46,852 bases of DNA from Candidatus Caldarchaeales archaeon (GTDB lineage Archaea; Thermoproteota; Nitrososphaeria_A; Caldarchaeales; Wolframiiraptoraceae): positions 1 to 46,852 of the forward strand of contig JBCNVN010000006.1 in assembly GCA_039630055.1 (NCBI GenBank), read 5' to 3'. The position numbers were made by a program, and so were the translations under genes. This document shows, piece after piece, positions 9,214-18,562 of the stretch (position 1 is its first letter; each line of letters opens with the position of its first letter). The notes below the pieces were generated by a model. It was given only the letters and a program-made list of their open reading frames with translations, searched no databases and was not told where the DNA came from.

Positions 9214-11103
9214 TCATGCTCTCTTCAACAATTCTCTATATGATTCATACTTACTCTTCTCTATATATTTCATCAATCCTAATTTTTCTAGGATTTCCTT
9301 TTTAGGATAACCATCTTCACCCCATCCTCTATAACTATAATATTCTGGAAGCATTTTTTCTAGTTCTACTACTTGCCCAGCTGCACCACCTTCCCTTAAT
9401 GGCTCTCTTGTTAGTCTATCTGGTAGGCTGTCGTCTTTTTTACTCATTCCAGATGCCAAGTTGAATAACCTCTTTAATGTGAATATTCTTGTACCCTTTT
9501 CATGTAGCTCTTTCGCTGTCGTCTTCAACCCTGTTGCTAGAGAGTATATCGATGCGAGATGACCAGGAGTTGCCTGGAGAAACTTACATACGCCGAGGGA
9601 TTCTATTACTTCACTCCAATCCTGCATTATTGCGACTATTCTTGCTTTTCCATCGGTGTCGAATCTCTCAACCCTCTCATGTATATCGAGGTCCGTTACT
9701 CTTTCTCCCTGTTCTATCCTTAAGACGAATCCGTATAGATGGCATGCTCCTCTATTAGATGTAGCATACTGTAAACCCATCCCCTTGAATGCTCTTGGAT
9801 CATGCATAGGTATCTCGAGACCCTTTGAGTGCATGGCAAATGATTCAGAACCCTTAACCATCTTTGAAGCCATCCTTACACCATTAGACAATAATTCTCC
9901 TATGCCTTTCTTTTCAGAGATATGTCTTATTATTTCTTCTACAAATCTATGATCTCCCCATTGTGGCTCATATCCTTCAAGCATGCTTTTATCTATTAAA
10001 TTCTTCTCACATGCTTCGATAAACCATGCTATAGTTACACCTGTGGAGATTACATCTAAACCTAGCTTATTACATAGTTGATGTAGTTTCGCCACCTTAA
10101 TAGGGTTATCTATCATTAGTAATGATCCTAAGGCACCTATACTCTCGTATTCTACCGCTCTTCCTACTATTTTTTCTGAACCACCTTCACAATTAACATA
10201 CCTCCAGCAACTTATAGGACAGTTGAAACATGCTCTATGACCTTTAACTATCTTCTCAGCTATAGACTCTGCTTTTAAGTTTAATACGTTTTCCCATAAC
10301 CCTAATGAGAAGTTTTTGATTGGGAGGTCACCATAATAATACAGCGGCTCAACTTCTGACGGTGTTCCGTATGTCGAGTAGAGTTGAGTCGTCGGAAAAG
10401 ACATTATAGATGGAATTATCCTTTTTAGATAATCTCTAAATTTAACGATATCATCAACCTCGATTTTGCCCGAACCTTTAACAGCGATCGCCTTTAAGTT
10501 CTTTGAACCCATAACCGCTCCTAGACCACATCTGCCAGCAGACCTTGGACCATCCGGTCTCACATCAAAGTATATCCCAGCCATTCTTACAAGATTCTCC
10601 CCAGCTGGGCCTATCACCCCACATCTTACATAATTACCTAACTCTTCTCTCAACTTTATATCTACAGTATAGGTGTCTAGTCCCCAATATTTTTCAGCAT
10701 CTCTTACCTCGATAACTCCGTCCTGTATGTAGAGATATACGGGGCTAGAAGCTCTACCAGTTATTACTAAACCATCGTATCCAGCTTTCTTTAACTCTAC
10801 ACCCCAGAATCCGCCTGCATGTGCCTCACCCCAACCATTTGTTAGAGGAGACTTAGCGGCGACCGTAAATCTTGAGCTGGTTATCATTATCGTTCCGGTT
10901 AATGGCCCAGTCATAAAGACAAGAACATTTTCTGGAGAGAATGGATCTATTCTCGGATCTAATAAATCAAAGATTATCTTAGCTGCCAGTCCACTTCCTC
11001 CAATAAAGTCTAGAATGTCGTTCTCAGGTATCTCTAGGATCTTCACTTCCTCTCTAGTCAGATCTATGTAACATAATTTTCTACGATAGCATTTCATGGA
11101 CAT
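9214..11103 (-). CDS. aor: Tungsten-containing aldehyde:ferredoxin oxidoreductase family protein
   Basis: GGSGLAAK, GPLTG, AKSPLT, GPAGEN, GRCGLGAVMGSKNLKAI, [4Fe-4S] motif CxxCPIxC, EYE, DPR, RGACH and YYxxRGW. Confidence 0.93.
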   Translation of the reverse strand: MSMKCYRRKLCYIDLTREEVKILEIPENDILDFIGGSGLAAKIIFDLLDPRIDPFSPENVLVFMTGPLTGTIMITSSRFTVAAKSPLTNGWGEAHAGGFWGVELKKAGYDGLVITGRASSPVYLYIQDGVIEVRDAEKYWGLDTYTVDIKLREELGNYVRCGVIGPAGENLVRMAGIYFDVRPDGPRSAGRCGLGAVMGSKNLKAIAVKGSGKIEVDDIVKFRDYLKRIIPSIMSFPTTQLYSTYGTPSEVEPLYYYGDLPIKNFSLGLWENVLNLKAESIAEKIVKGHRACFNCPISCWRYVNCEGGSEKIVGRAVEYESIGALGSLLMIDNPIKVAKLHQLCNKLGLDVISTGVTIAWFIEACEKNLIDKSMLEGYEPQWGDHRFVEEIIRHISEKKGIGELLSNGVRMASKMVKGSESFAMHSKGLEIPMHDPRAFKGMGLQYATSNRGACHLYGFVLRIEQGERVTDLDIHERVERFDTDGKARIVAIMQDWSEVIESLGVCKFLQATPGHLASIYSLATGLKTTAKELHEKGTRIFTLKRLFNLASGMSKKDDSLPDRLTREPLREGGAAGQVVELEKMLPEYYSYRGWGEDGYPKKEILEKLGLMKYIEKSKYESYRELLKRA

Positions 11104-11107
11104 AATG

Positions 11108-11764
11108 CTATATCCTCCAATACTTCTTGGCTACCTCAATCTCTTCCGGAGGTACTTCTGGTGGTTCAACACCGAGAGTATAACATACAAATTCTATTGT
11201 AGCTATTGATTCAAGTAGCTCGACAATGGCCTCGGCTTCTAATAGATTTGTGCCGAGACCTAGAACACCATGATTCTTCAAGATAATTGCTCTAGCTCCT
11301 CTAGATGCTACTGAGGCGACTGATTCGGCTAAATATGTCGTACCGGGAAACTTGAAATCTACTTCTTCTATGCGTCTCAACAAGATTACGGCTTCATCGG
11401 TTATTGTCGTCTTCAACTTCCTGCCAGCGAGGGTCAGTCCCAGAACCATAGGATTATGTGCATGAACTATCGCATTTACATCGGGCCTGATCTTGTATAC
11501 TGCAGCATGCATAGGCCACTCTATAGAAGGTTTTAAAAGACCGTCAACTATCTCTCCATCGAGATTAAGCTTTACTAGATCTTCAGTTCTTAGAGCACCT
11601 TTAAATACTTGGCTGGGGGTTATCCAGAACTCGCTTCCAGCAGGGATCCTTGCACTTATGTTTCCACCGAGAGCTGTGATTAAGCCTCTATCATAGAGAG
11701 CTCTCGAGACTCTAATAATCTCGTTTTTAATCTCTTCTTCTGGAAATAACTCGAAACTTTCCAT
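11108..11764 (-). CDS. fucA: Class II aldolase/adducin family, probable L-fuculose-1-phosphate aldolase
   Basis: GGNISAR, ITPS, PSIEWPMH, RPDVNAIVHAH and LKNHG (Zn-binding His triad). Substrate is inferred from neighbouring fucI/fucK. Confidence 0.8.
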   Translation of the reverse strand: MESFELFPEEEIKNEIIRVSRALYDRGLITALGGNISARIPAGSEFWITPSQVFKGALRTEDLVKLNLDGEIVDGLLKPSIEWPMHAAVYKIRPDVNAIVHAHNPMVLGLTLAGRKLKTTITDEAVILLRRIEEVDFKFPGTTYLAESVASVASRGARAIILKNHGVLGLGTNLLEAEAIVELLESIATIEFVCYTLGVEPPEVPPEEIEVAKKYWRI

Positions 11765-11787
11765 CTATGGAAAATAGATTTAGATCC

Positions 11788-11795
11788 TATTTAAA
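11788..11795 (-). promoter_or_regulatory. Archaeal TATA box for the aldolase-AOR transcript
   Basis: TTTAAATA on the minus strand about 24 nt upstream of ATG 11764 (leaderless spacing). Confidence 0.55.
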
Positions 11796-11854
11796 GATAT
11801 GTTCATAACTATGACATCATTTCAGTTCGTTCTTTATAATTTTATTTTTAACTT

Positions 11855-12673
11855 CTAACCCTTTACATAACCCATCGTTAAACCTCTAACCAAATATTTT
11901 TGGAAGATTGCTACAATAGCGATCGGTGGAATGCTTGCAAGAAATGCTATAGCACATACAACACCGTAGAGTATATCATGACCTCCATAAAATCGGGGGA
12001 TAAGGGTTGGAAGAGGCTTCACGGCAGATCTTGTTAAGAAAAGTTGGATCAAGAACTCATTCCAGCTAAACATGAATAACATGACTGATGTTGCGATCAA
12101 TCCTGGTAGACTTATAGGTAGCACGACCCTGAAGAATGCGTTTCTAAGACTGCATCCATCGATAAGAGCGCTTTCTTCAAAATCTTTAGGAATGCCGTCA
12201 AAGAAGCTCTTCATAATCCATGTGGCAAATGGTATGTTAAAAGTTAGATGGGCGATTATTACAGATATATGGGTATCTAACAACTTTAAGACGTTGAACA
12301 TGATGAAAAATGCTAGAGCAAATGTTATTGCAGGAGCAAATCTTTGAGATAGTATAAAGAAAGCTAGATTCCGTCCACCTCTATACCTTGACAATCCAAA
12401 ACCAGCCATACTACCTATCACTAAACTTATTAACATGTTTAGACCGGCGATCAAGAAACTGTCCATTAAACCTTGAAGACCACCCATCAAGAATAATCCC
12501 TTATAGAAGTTTTCGAGAGTCGGTCGGTCGGGTATTAGTTTGGGCGGGAATGATGCCCAATCTGGTTCAGGTTTAAACGCCATCGTCACCATCCAGTATA
12601 ATGGAAACGCGAAGAATATTATACTAAGCGTAACTATTATAAATCTTATGGTGTTAAACTTTAACAGACCCAT
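11855..12673 (-). CDS. Carbohydrate ABC transporter permease (CUT1, MalG-like)
   Basis: Six hydrophobic segments, EESALIDGCS EAA loop, SWNEF and QKYLVRGLTMGYVKG. Confidence 0.93.
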   Translation of the reverse strand: MGLLKFNTIRFIIVTLSIIFFAFPLYWMVTMAFKPEPDWASFPPKLIPDRPTLENFYKGLFLMGGLQGLMDSFLIAGLNMLISLVIGSMAGFGLSRYRGGRNLAFFILSQRFAPAITFALAFFIMFNVLKLLDTHISVIIAHLTFNIPFATWIMKSFFDGIPKDFEESALIDGCSLRNAFFRVVLPISLPGLIATSVMLFMFSWNEFLIQLFLTRSAVKPLPTLIPRFYGGHDILYGVVCAIAFLASIPPIAIVAIFQKYLVRGLTMGYVKG

Positions 12674-12684
12674 CCTTCCACCTC

Positions 12685-13578
12685 TCAGAATTTTATCCCG
12701 TATCCTCTAACAAATACGGTTAAGATTATTGTTATTATTACTATCATTAGTATTGTTAATGTAGCGGCATAGGCTACGTTTAAGAACTGGAGAGCTTGAT
12801 TGAATATATACAGTGATGCAACCTCTGAAGCGAATCCTGGACCACCCTTAGTCATAACATAGGGTATCCCAAAGGCTTTAAAAACATCCATCAATCTTAT
12901 TATTAATGCAACACCTATAATAGGTTTGATAAGAGGTATCATCATATGTCTCATTATTTTGGCTCTACTTGCACCATCAATCTCTGCACTCTCTAAAATT
13001 TCTTTTGGAATCGATGCAAAACCTGCAAGTATGACGAGGAAGAAAAACGGTGTCCACTGCCATACATCTGCAAGTACTATCATCTCCATCGGATAGGTTG
13101 TTACCAAGCTTATCGGTTTTTTAAAACCAAGCAGATCCCATAGGCCGAATGTTCTCATTAGTAAGTCTAACGGTCCATAGGTGGGCACCAGTACCAATCC
13201 CCAGACCAGTCCTACAACCGCCTCGCTAAGAGCAAGTGGAAATAAGATTACCGCGCTGAGCAATCTTCTCATTCTAAAAGGCTCGAAAAACATCATTGCG
13301 AGTATCAGACCAATAAAAAATTCTAAAGGTACAGCGACTGATAATAAGTAAAAAGTCTTACTTAGAGAATTGATAAACCTAGCATCCTGAAAGGCTTTCA
13401 AATAGTTACTTATTCCTATAAATTCAGGGACTGCCCCTCTGAATCTTAGATCCCATCTCATAAAACTTACATATAGATTAAAGACGAATGGGAAAGCCAC
13501 TATAATTATTAATAATACTAAAGCGGGAAGTATAAAAAAATAGAGAGAGGTTTGTTTCTTCATCAGCCTCTTCCCCAA
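12685..13578 (-). CDS. Carbohydrate ABC transporter permease (CUT1, MalF-like)
   Basis: FIGISNY, DVWQWTPF, ESAEIDGAS and MTKGGPG. Confidence 0.93.
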   Translation of the reverse strand: MGKRLMKKQTSLYFFILPALVLLIIIVAFPFVFNLYVSFMRWDLRFRGAVPEFIGISNYLKAFQDARFINSLSKTFYLLSVAVPLEFFIGLILAMMFFEPFRMRRLLSAVILFPLALSEAVVGLVWGLVLVPTYGPLDLLMRTFGLWDLLGFKKPISLVTTYPMEMIVLADVWQWTPFFFLVILAGFASIPKEILESAEIDGASRAKIMRHMMIPLIKPIIGVALIIRLMDVFKAFGIPYVMTKGGPGFASEVASLYIFNQALQFLNVAYAATLTILMIVIITIILTVFVRGYGIKF

Positions 13579-13580
13579 CT

Positions 13581-15206
13581 CTATCTAGGCCATATTCCAG
13601 CACGTTTATACTCTACGATCTGCTGTTTCCAAAGGTTCTTCTGCTTATCTTCACCGAGATCTTTTGTTATAGACCTCCACTCTTCTACAGTCCTCGATAT
13701 AGCCTCTCTAGCAGATATCTCCTTTTTAACAGCCATCATAATATACCTACTCAATACATCAGTGTATTGGGCTGCACCTGGAAGGTAGAGGTCTGGATAT
13801 CCACGTGCAAAGTTTTCAGCAGATGCTCTAATATAATCTAGGATTCCCTCTTCACTCCATGCAGGATTAGCCTTTTTCCAATGTGGTAAGGCACCTGGAC
13901 TTGTATGACTGTATGCGAATGGGTCTTCTCCATTAAGACCGCTTGGAACCCAGAACACAGATGTATCATACATCCACTTTAGAACTCTAAAAGCTGCTTC
14001 TCTCTTATCTTCTGGAGTATTCACAGTTATTATCATAACTCTTCCTACACCGGTCCAACTATATCTAATCAGTTTTCCTCCAACAACATATCCTGGAACT
14101 AGTGCTGTCCCAACTTGGTCACCTTTGACTGGGAATTCGCCACTACCGGCTCTAGGTCCGACATCCGGCCATGTTAACGTCATGGCCGTAATTCCTTTCG
14201 TCATGCAGTCGAATACTTCTAGAGCTCCGAATTCAAGAACTCCGGGCGGCATGTAATCTACGATCTTCACTAAGTCTTCAAGACCCTTTACAGCCGCATC
14301 ATTGGGTACAAGTGGATTCATTTCTTCATCAAACCATAGGCCACCGAGAGATGCAAATCTATCAAAGAATATTCCCCAGGTTAGGTCTTTAAAATCTTCT
14401 ACTGTTCCATATTCTATCTCTCCATCTTTATCCCAATCCCATCCGTTAAAGAATTCAGCGGTCTGTAGATATTCTTCATATGTTTTCGGTGGTTCTAGAT
14501 CTCTTCCGAATCTATCTCTGAAACGTCTCCTAATCTCAGGATCAGCAAATATATCTTTCCTATAGTATAATGCATGGAAATCTCCATCGTATGGTAACGC
14601 ATATACTTTTCCAGCCCAACTACAGTACAAGTATCTATATACGGGGGGCAGATCATCTAGATTAACCCTGTACTTTTCTATATATGCATCCAGAGGTACC
14701 GCCCATCCACCGCCCAGAATATCTCCATTATATGTTGGAAAGTATACGATGATATTGTACTTTCCTGGTCCAGTTAGATCTGCCATATAGATGGAAAACT
14801 CTGTCCCAGGATCAACCTCTTCTCCAGAGATGTCTATACCAAGAGCTTCTGAAATTTTTGGAGCTTGGTTTTGCCCATAATGTCCACCCATCGGAGCCTC
14901 AACTGGATCAAACCATGGAAGATAATTGTGACCTGCATCGCATGCTAGAGATAGTTTAACTCTTTCAGCGGGCATCCCAACAGTTTTAGTAACGGTTTGG
15001 GTAACCGCGGTTGTAACCGTCGTCGGCACCGTAATCGTAGCAGCCGCCGCGGTAACTGTTCTCGTCTCTGTAACTGTTGTCGGCGCTGCAGTGGCGCTAC
15101 CGGCAAGATATCCTCCAACACCAGCTATTATACCTGCAGCAACAACACCTGCTGCAACTTTACCAGCAGTAGAGATAGCTTCTCTTCTAGAGATTTTATT
15201 TTTCAT
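13581..15206 (-). CDS. Sugar ABC transporter solute-binding protein with twin-arginine signal and Thr-rich linker
   Basis: ISRREAIS plus hydrophobic helix plus T/V-rich stretch; GKVYALPYDGD, YYRKDIF and PPKTYEEY. Start ATG 15206 preferred over 15245. Confidence 0.9.
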   Translation of the reverse strand: MKNKISRREAISTAGKVAAGVVAAGIIAGVGGYLAGSATAAPTTVTETRTVTAAAATITVPTTVTTAVTQTVTKTVGMPAERVKLSLACDAGHNYLPWFDPVEAPMGGHYGQNQAPKISEALGIDISGEEVDPGTEFSIYMADLTGPGKYNIIVYFPTYNGDILGGGWAVPLDAYIEKYRVNLDDLPPVYRYLYCSWAGKVYALPYDGDFHALYYRKDIFADPEIRRRFRDRFGRDLEPPKTYEEYLQTAEFFNGWDWDKDGEIEYGTVEDFKDLTWGIFFDRFASLGGLWFDEEMNPLVPNDAAVKGLEDLVKIVDYMPPGVLEFGALEVFDCMTKGITAMTLTWPDVGPRAGSGEFPVKGDQVGTALVPGYVVGGKLIRYSWTGVGRVMIITVNTPEDKREAAFRVLKWMYDTSVFWVPSGLNGEDPFAYSHTSPGALPHWKKANPAWSEEGILDYIRASAENFARGYPDLYLPGAAQYTDVLSRYIMMAVKKEISAREAISRTVEEWRSITKDLGEDKQKNLWKQQIVEYKRAGIWPR

Positions 15207-15373
15207 GACGAAATTTACTTCAAAGTTCCATATAAGATTTTTCATATATTCCTTCTATAAGGATATAGATGAGTAAATGTGTTAATGGTGTATGTGCAAA
15301 TAATTTTGCCAAACCTACAAACAGTTGAAAATATCTAAAAAAATTTAATAAACACTAGACAATACTATATGCC

Positions 15374-16867
15374 ATGAAACTATATCCGATCGGTATAGCT
15401 ATGTTGGGTGATGAAAGAGAGTTTTTACACTCTGAGCTATTACCTAAATGTGAAGAGAATCTGAGCAAGGTTGTCAACATATTAAATAAGAAGTTGTCAG
15501 AATCGTATAGATATAATAAACCTGAAATAGTTGTAGGTTCGAAGATCATAACATCAATAAAAACTTCTAAAGAAGTTGGAGAAGAGCTTTCCAAATCAGG
15601 CGCCAAGATCGTGATACTAGTTTACTACATTTGGAATTATCCTTATCTCGTTTGGCCCCTCATAAATGCTATAGGAAAAGATAAGCCGATCTTAAATCTT
15701 TCAAATAATGATGGACAGTATCCAGGAAATGTTGGTCTACTAGCTACAGATGGAGCTTTAAGACAGTCAGGCTTGACAACAAGTAGAATCATAGGCGATA
15801 TAGAAGATCCAAAGATACAGAAAAAAGTAATAGATTGGATCATGGCCGCTGAAGCCTATGTTTCGATGAGAGGACAGGTCTACGGTATGTATGGTGGGCA
15901 CTCAATGGGTATGGAGACAGGATACTTTCACATGATTCCAATCCAAAGAGTCTTCGGAATAACTACCTATCAGATAGATCAATTATGGCTGGTAGAAAGA
16001 TTGAAAGAGGTTCCAGAAGAAGAAGTAGAGAAAGGATTTAGGTGGCTCAACAATATGTTGAAGGATCGGATTAAATATGATGGAAAAATGCTTACACCGG
16101 AAACGTTGAAAAAACAGTTAAGTCTGTACCTTGCGATGAATAAAACGAATGAAGAATACGGTTTTGATTTCTGTGGAATAAAAGGACAAAGGGAGATGTC
16201 AGAATATGTTTGTATAACAGATGTTGCAGAGATGCTACTAAATGATCCGTATGATTGGAATGGACCGAAAGAGCCGTTCGTATGTTCTACCGAGGCTGAC
16301 TCACTAGCTGCTATAACTATGCAGATTCTCAAATATGTTAGTGGCGGAATGCCCGTTCTCTTCGCTGACGTCAGATTATATCATCCTGATATGGACATAT
16401 GGGATTTCTGTAATTCGGGAAATCACTCTAGCTGGTATGCATCAAGAAGCTACAATCCTGAAGATAACTTTAAGAAGGTAACTCTTCATCCAGCATTGGA
16501 ACTGTATTTTAGAGCTGGTGGAGCATCGGTCGAGTTTGACGCAGCCCCAGGTGAGATGACGTTTGCTAGAACCGGTATATGGCAAGATAAAATCTACATG
16601 GTCATAGTGAAGGGGCAATCTCTAGACTTACCAGAAGAAGAGAGAAGAAGATTGAGTCGGATGACGAACCCGACCTGGCCACATGTCTTCGTTAAGCTAG
16701 ACAGCAAATTCGAAGACTTCGTGTCTGTATTCCCCTCAAACCACATATTGGGCGTCGCCGGAGACCATGTAGAGAAACTTCTCAATTACTGTCATATAGC
16801 GGGCATAAAGCCCATTCTACTATCGAGAGAAGGTAAGACTGGACAAATCTGGGAAATGCTCGAGTAG
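15374..16867 (+). CDS. fucI: L-fucose/D-arabinose isomerase
   Basis: GGHSMGM, GIKGQRE, TEADS (Mn ligand Glu), FADVR (Asp), NSG, TxxTWPH and NHIxxVxGD (His). Confidence 0.85.
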   Translation: MKLYPIGIAMLGDEREFLHSELLPKCEENLSKVVNILNKKLSESYRYNKPEIVVGSKIITSIKTSKEVGEELSKSGAKIVILVYYIWNYPYLVWPLINAIGKDKPILNLSNNDGQYPGNVGLLATDGALRQSGLTTSRIIGDIEDPKIQKKVIDWIMAAEAYVSMRGQVYGMYGGHSMGMETGYFHMIPIQRVFGITTYQIDQLWLVERLKEVPEEEVEKGFRWLNNMLKDRIKYDGKMLTPETLKKQLSLYLAMNKTNEEYGFDFCGIKGQREMSEYVCITDVAEMLLNDPYDWNGPKEPFVCSTEADSLAAITMQILKYVSGGMPVLFADVRLYHPDMDIWDFCNSGNHSSWYASRSYNPEDNFKKVTLHPALELYFRAGGASVEFDAAPGEMTFARTGIWQDKIYMVIVKGQSLDLPEEERRRLSRMTNPTWPHVFVKLDSKFEDFVSVFPSNHILGVAGDHVEKLLNYCHIAGIKPILLSREGKTGQIWEMLE

Positions 16868-17023
16868 GACAGCACGATCCCGTCGACGATAAGGATCCTT
16901 TGAGGGTTCGCTTACCCCTTCCAGCAAACATGTAGCTCGATAGAGTTAGCTGCTATTCAAAAACTCTCGAAGACAGAGAAGCAGGTTTAAAATATAGCGA
17001 TCGAATTAATAGTTAGAATATCT

Positions 17024-18520
17024 ATGAAGGAAGATGTTGTTATTGTATATGATTGTGGCTCAACTAATCTACGCGTAGCCGCCTTCAAATCATCTGGAGA
17101 TATTGTTGCTCAGAGGACGACTTCAAATTCTAGCAAGATCCAGTATCCTGAGAAACCTGAATGGCGGATATGGGATTTAGACGAGATATGGTTTAAACTC
17201 TGTCAACTTACAAGGGACGTCTTGAAAGAACTCTACGAAGACTACAGAGTTGTCGGAGTTATAGTCGTAACATGGGGGGCTGATGGTGTCTTCGTCGATA
17301 GAGAAGGTAAACCAACATATCCTGCAATCTCATGGCAATGTTCGAGAACCATTGAATCTATGAACGAGGTGAGAGGATTGATAGATCCTTGGGAGGTATT
17401 CAAGATCACTGGATACCAGTTTATATCTTTCAATACTTTCTTTAAATGGTTTTGGATTAAGAGGAATGTCCCTGAAGCTATCGAGAAGGCTAAGACCTTT
17501 CTAATGATCCCTCACTATATAACTTACAAGCTTACAGGAGAGTTCTTTGTCGAGCCCACGGATGCATCTACAACTATGGCCATGGATCTAGCAAAGAGAG
17601 ATTGGTCAACTGAAATGCTATGCTTGGTCAGTCTAGACCATTCATTCTTCCCAGAGTGGAAAGAGCCAGGTGAGATAGCAGGTTACGTTACCGAAAAAGC
17701 TTGTAATGAGACTGGATTGAAAAAGGGTCTCCCAGTAGTAGTTGGGGGTCATGATACACAGTTTGCGATATTTGCAGCAGGAAGAGAGAAGAATGAAGCT
17801 ATTCTATCGAGTGGTACATGGGAGATATTATCTTTTAGATGTCCAGATTACATTATAAGTAGAGATGCTTTCGAGAATGGGGTCGTGATAGAACTTGATG
17901 TTGAGAAGGGCTTCTGGAATCCACAATTCTTGATGATCGCCTCAGCTGTACTAGAGTGGTTGGGGAGACTGGTTTATCCAGAAGCTGAGAGAAGATACGA
18001 TCTAATGGAGGAAGAAGCATCACAGATACCCTCAGGCTCCGACAATCTGATATTATTACCCAGCCTCTTCCCAGGATCTGGTCCAACATACAAGTATAAT
18101 ATTCCAGGAGTGGTTCTTGGATTAAGATTACATACTACGAGGGCCCATTTATATAGAGCAGCACTGGAGGGACTTTCTTATCAGCTTAGGTTAGCTATAG
18201 AATTGTTAGAGAAAGCATTTAGAATAGAATTTCCAAGAATCACGATCGTTGGAGGCGGGTCTAAGAATGAGCTCTGGAATACTATCCGTGCAAATGTAAT
18301 CAATAGGGAGGTAGTTGTCAATAGATTCTTCGAAACGACAGCTCTAGGAGCGGCAATAGTTGCATTTAAGGGAGTAGGATATTTTAGAACTTTTAATGAA
18401 GCTATAAAGAATATCGATTATCGGTGGAGAATAATAAAACCAACAAACTATACTGATAGCTATAATAGATTATACAAGACATATCTTAAAGTTTATGAGA
18501 AACTATCTGAAATAATTTGA
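17024..18520 (+). CDS. fucK: L-fuculokinase
   Basis: N-terminus MKEDVVIVYDCGSTNLR, WRIWDLDEIW, TWGADG, YPAISWQCSRT, SFNT, GHDTQFA, LSSGTWEIL and GGGSKN closely follow enterobacterial FucK. Lies downstream of fucI. Confidence 0.88.
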   Translation: MKEDVVIVYDCGSTNLRVAAFKSSGDIVAQRTTSNSSKIQYPEKPEWRIWDLDEIWFKLCQLTRDVLKELYEDYRVVGVIVVTWGADGVFVDREGKPTYPAISWQCSRTIESMNEVRGLIDPWEVFKITGYQFISFNTFFKWFWIKRNVPEAIEKAKTFLMIPHYITYKLTGEFFVEPTDASTTMAMDLAKRDWSTEMLCLVSLDHSFFPEWKEPGEIAGYVTEKACNETGLKKGLPVVVGGHDTQFAIFAAGREKNEAILSSGTWEILSFRCPDYIISRDAFENGVVIELDVEKGFWNPQFLMIASAVLEWLGRLVYPEAERRYDLMEEEASQIPSGSDNLILLPSLFPGSGPTYKYNIPGVVLGLRLHTTRAHLYRAALEGLSYQLRLAIELLEKAFRIEFPRITIVGGGSKNELWNTIRANVINREVVVNRFFETTALGAAIVAFKGVGYFRTFNEAIKNIDYRWRIIKPTNYTDSYNRLYKTYLKVYEKLSEII

Positions 18521-18562
18521 GATCGAAATAGAAAGATTTAATTTACATGGTTTCAGAAACTT

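Noticed and set aside
11108-11764. Alternative call as AraD epimerase or MtnB dehydratase
   Set aside because: Lacks the AraD-type TWGNVS and GTTHAD signatures, and the fucI/fucK context favours an aldolase; not formally excluded.
14980-15110. GC-rich quasi-repetitive stretch (GTAAC/CGT units)
   Set aside because: Encodes the Thr/Val/Ala linker of the SBP; not a CRISPR array or structural RNA.
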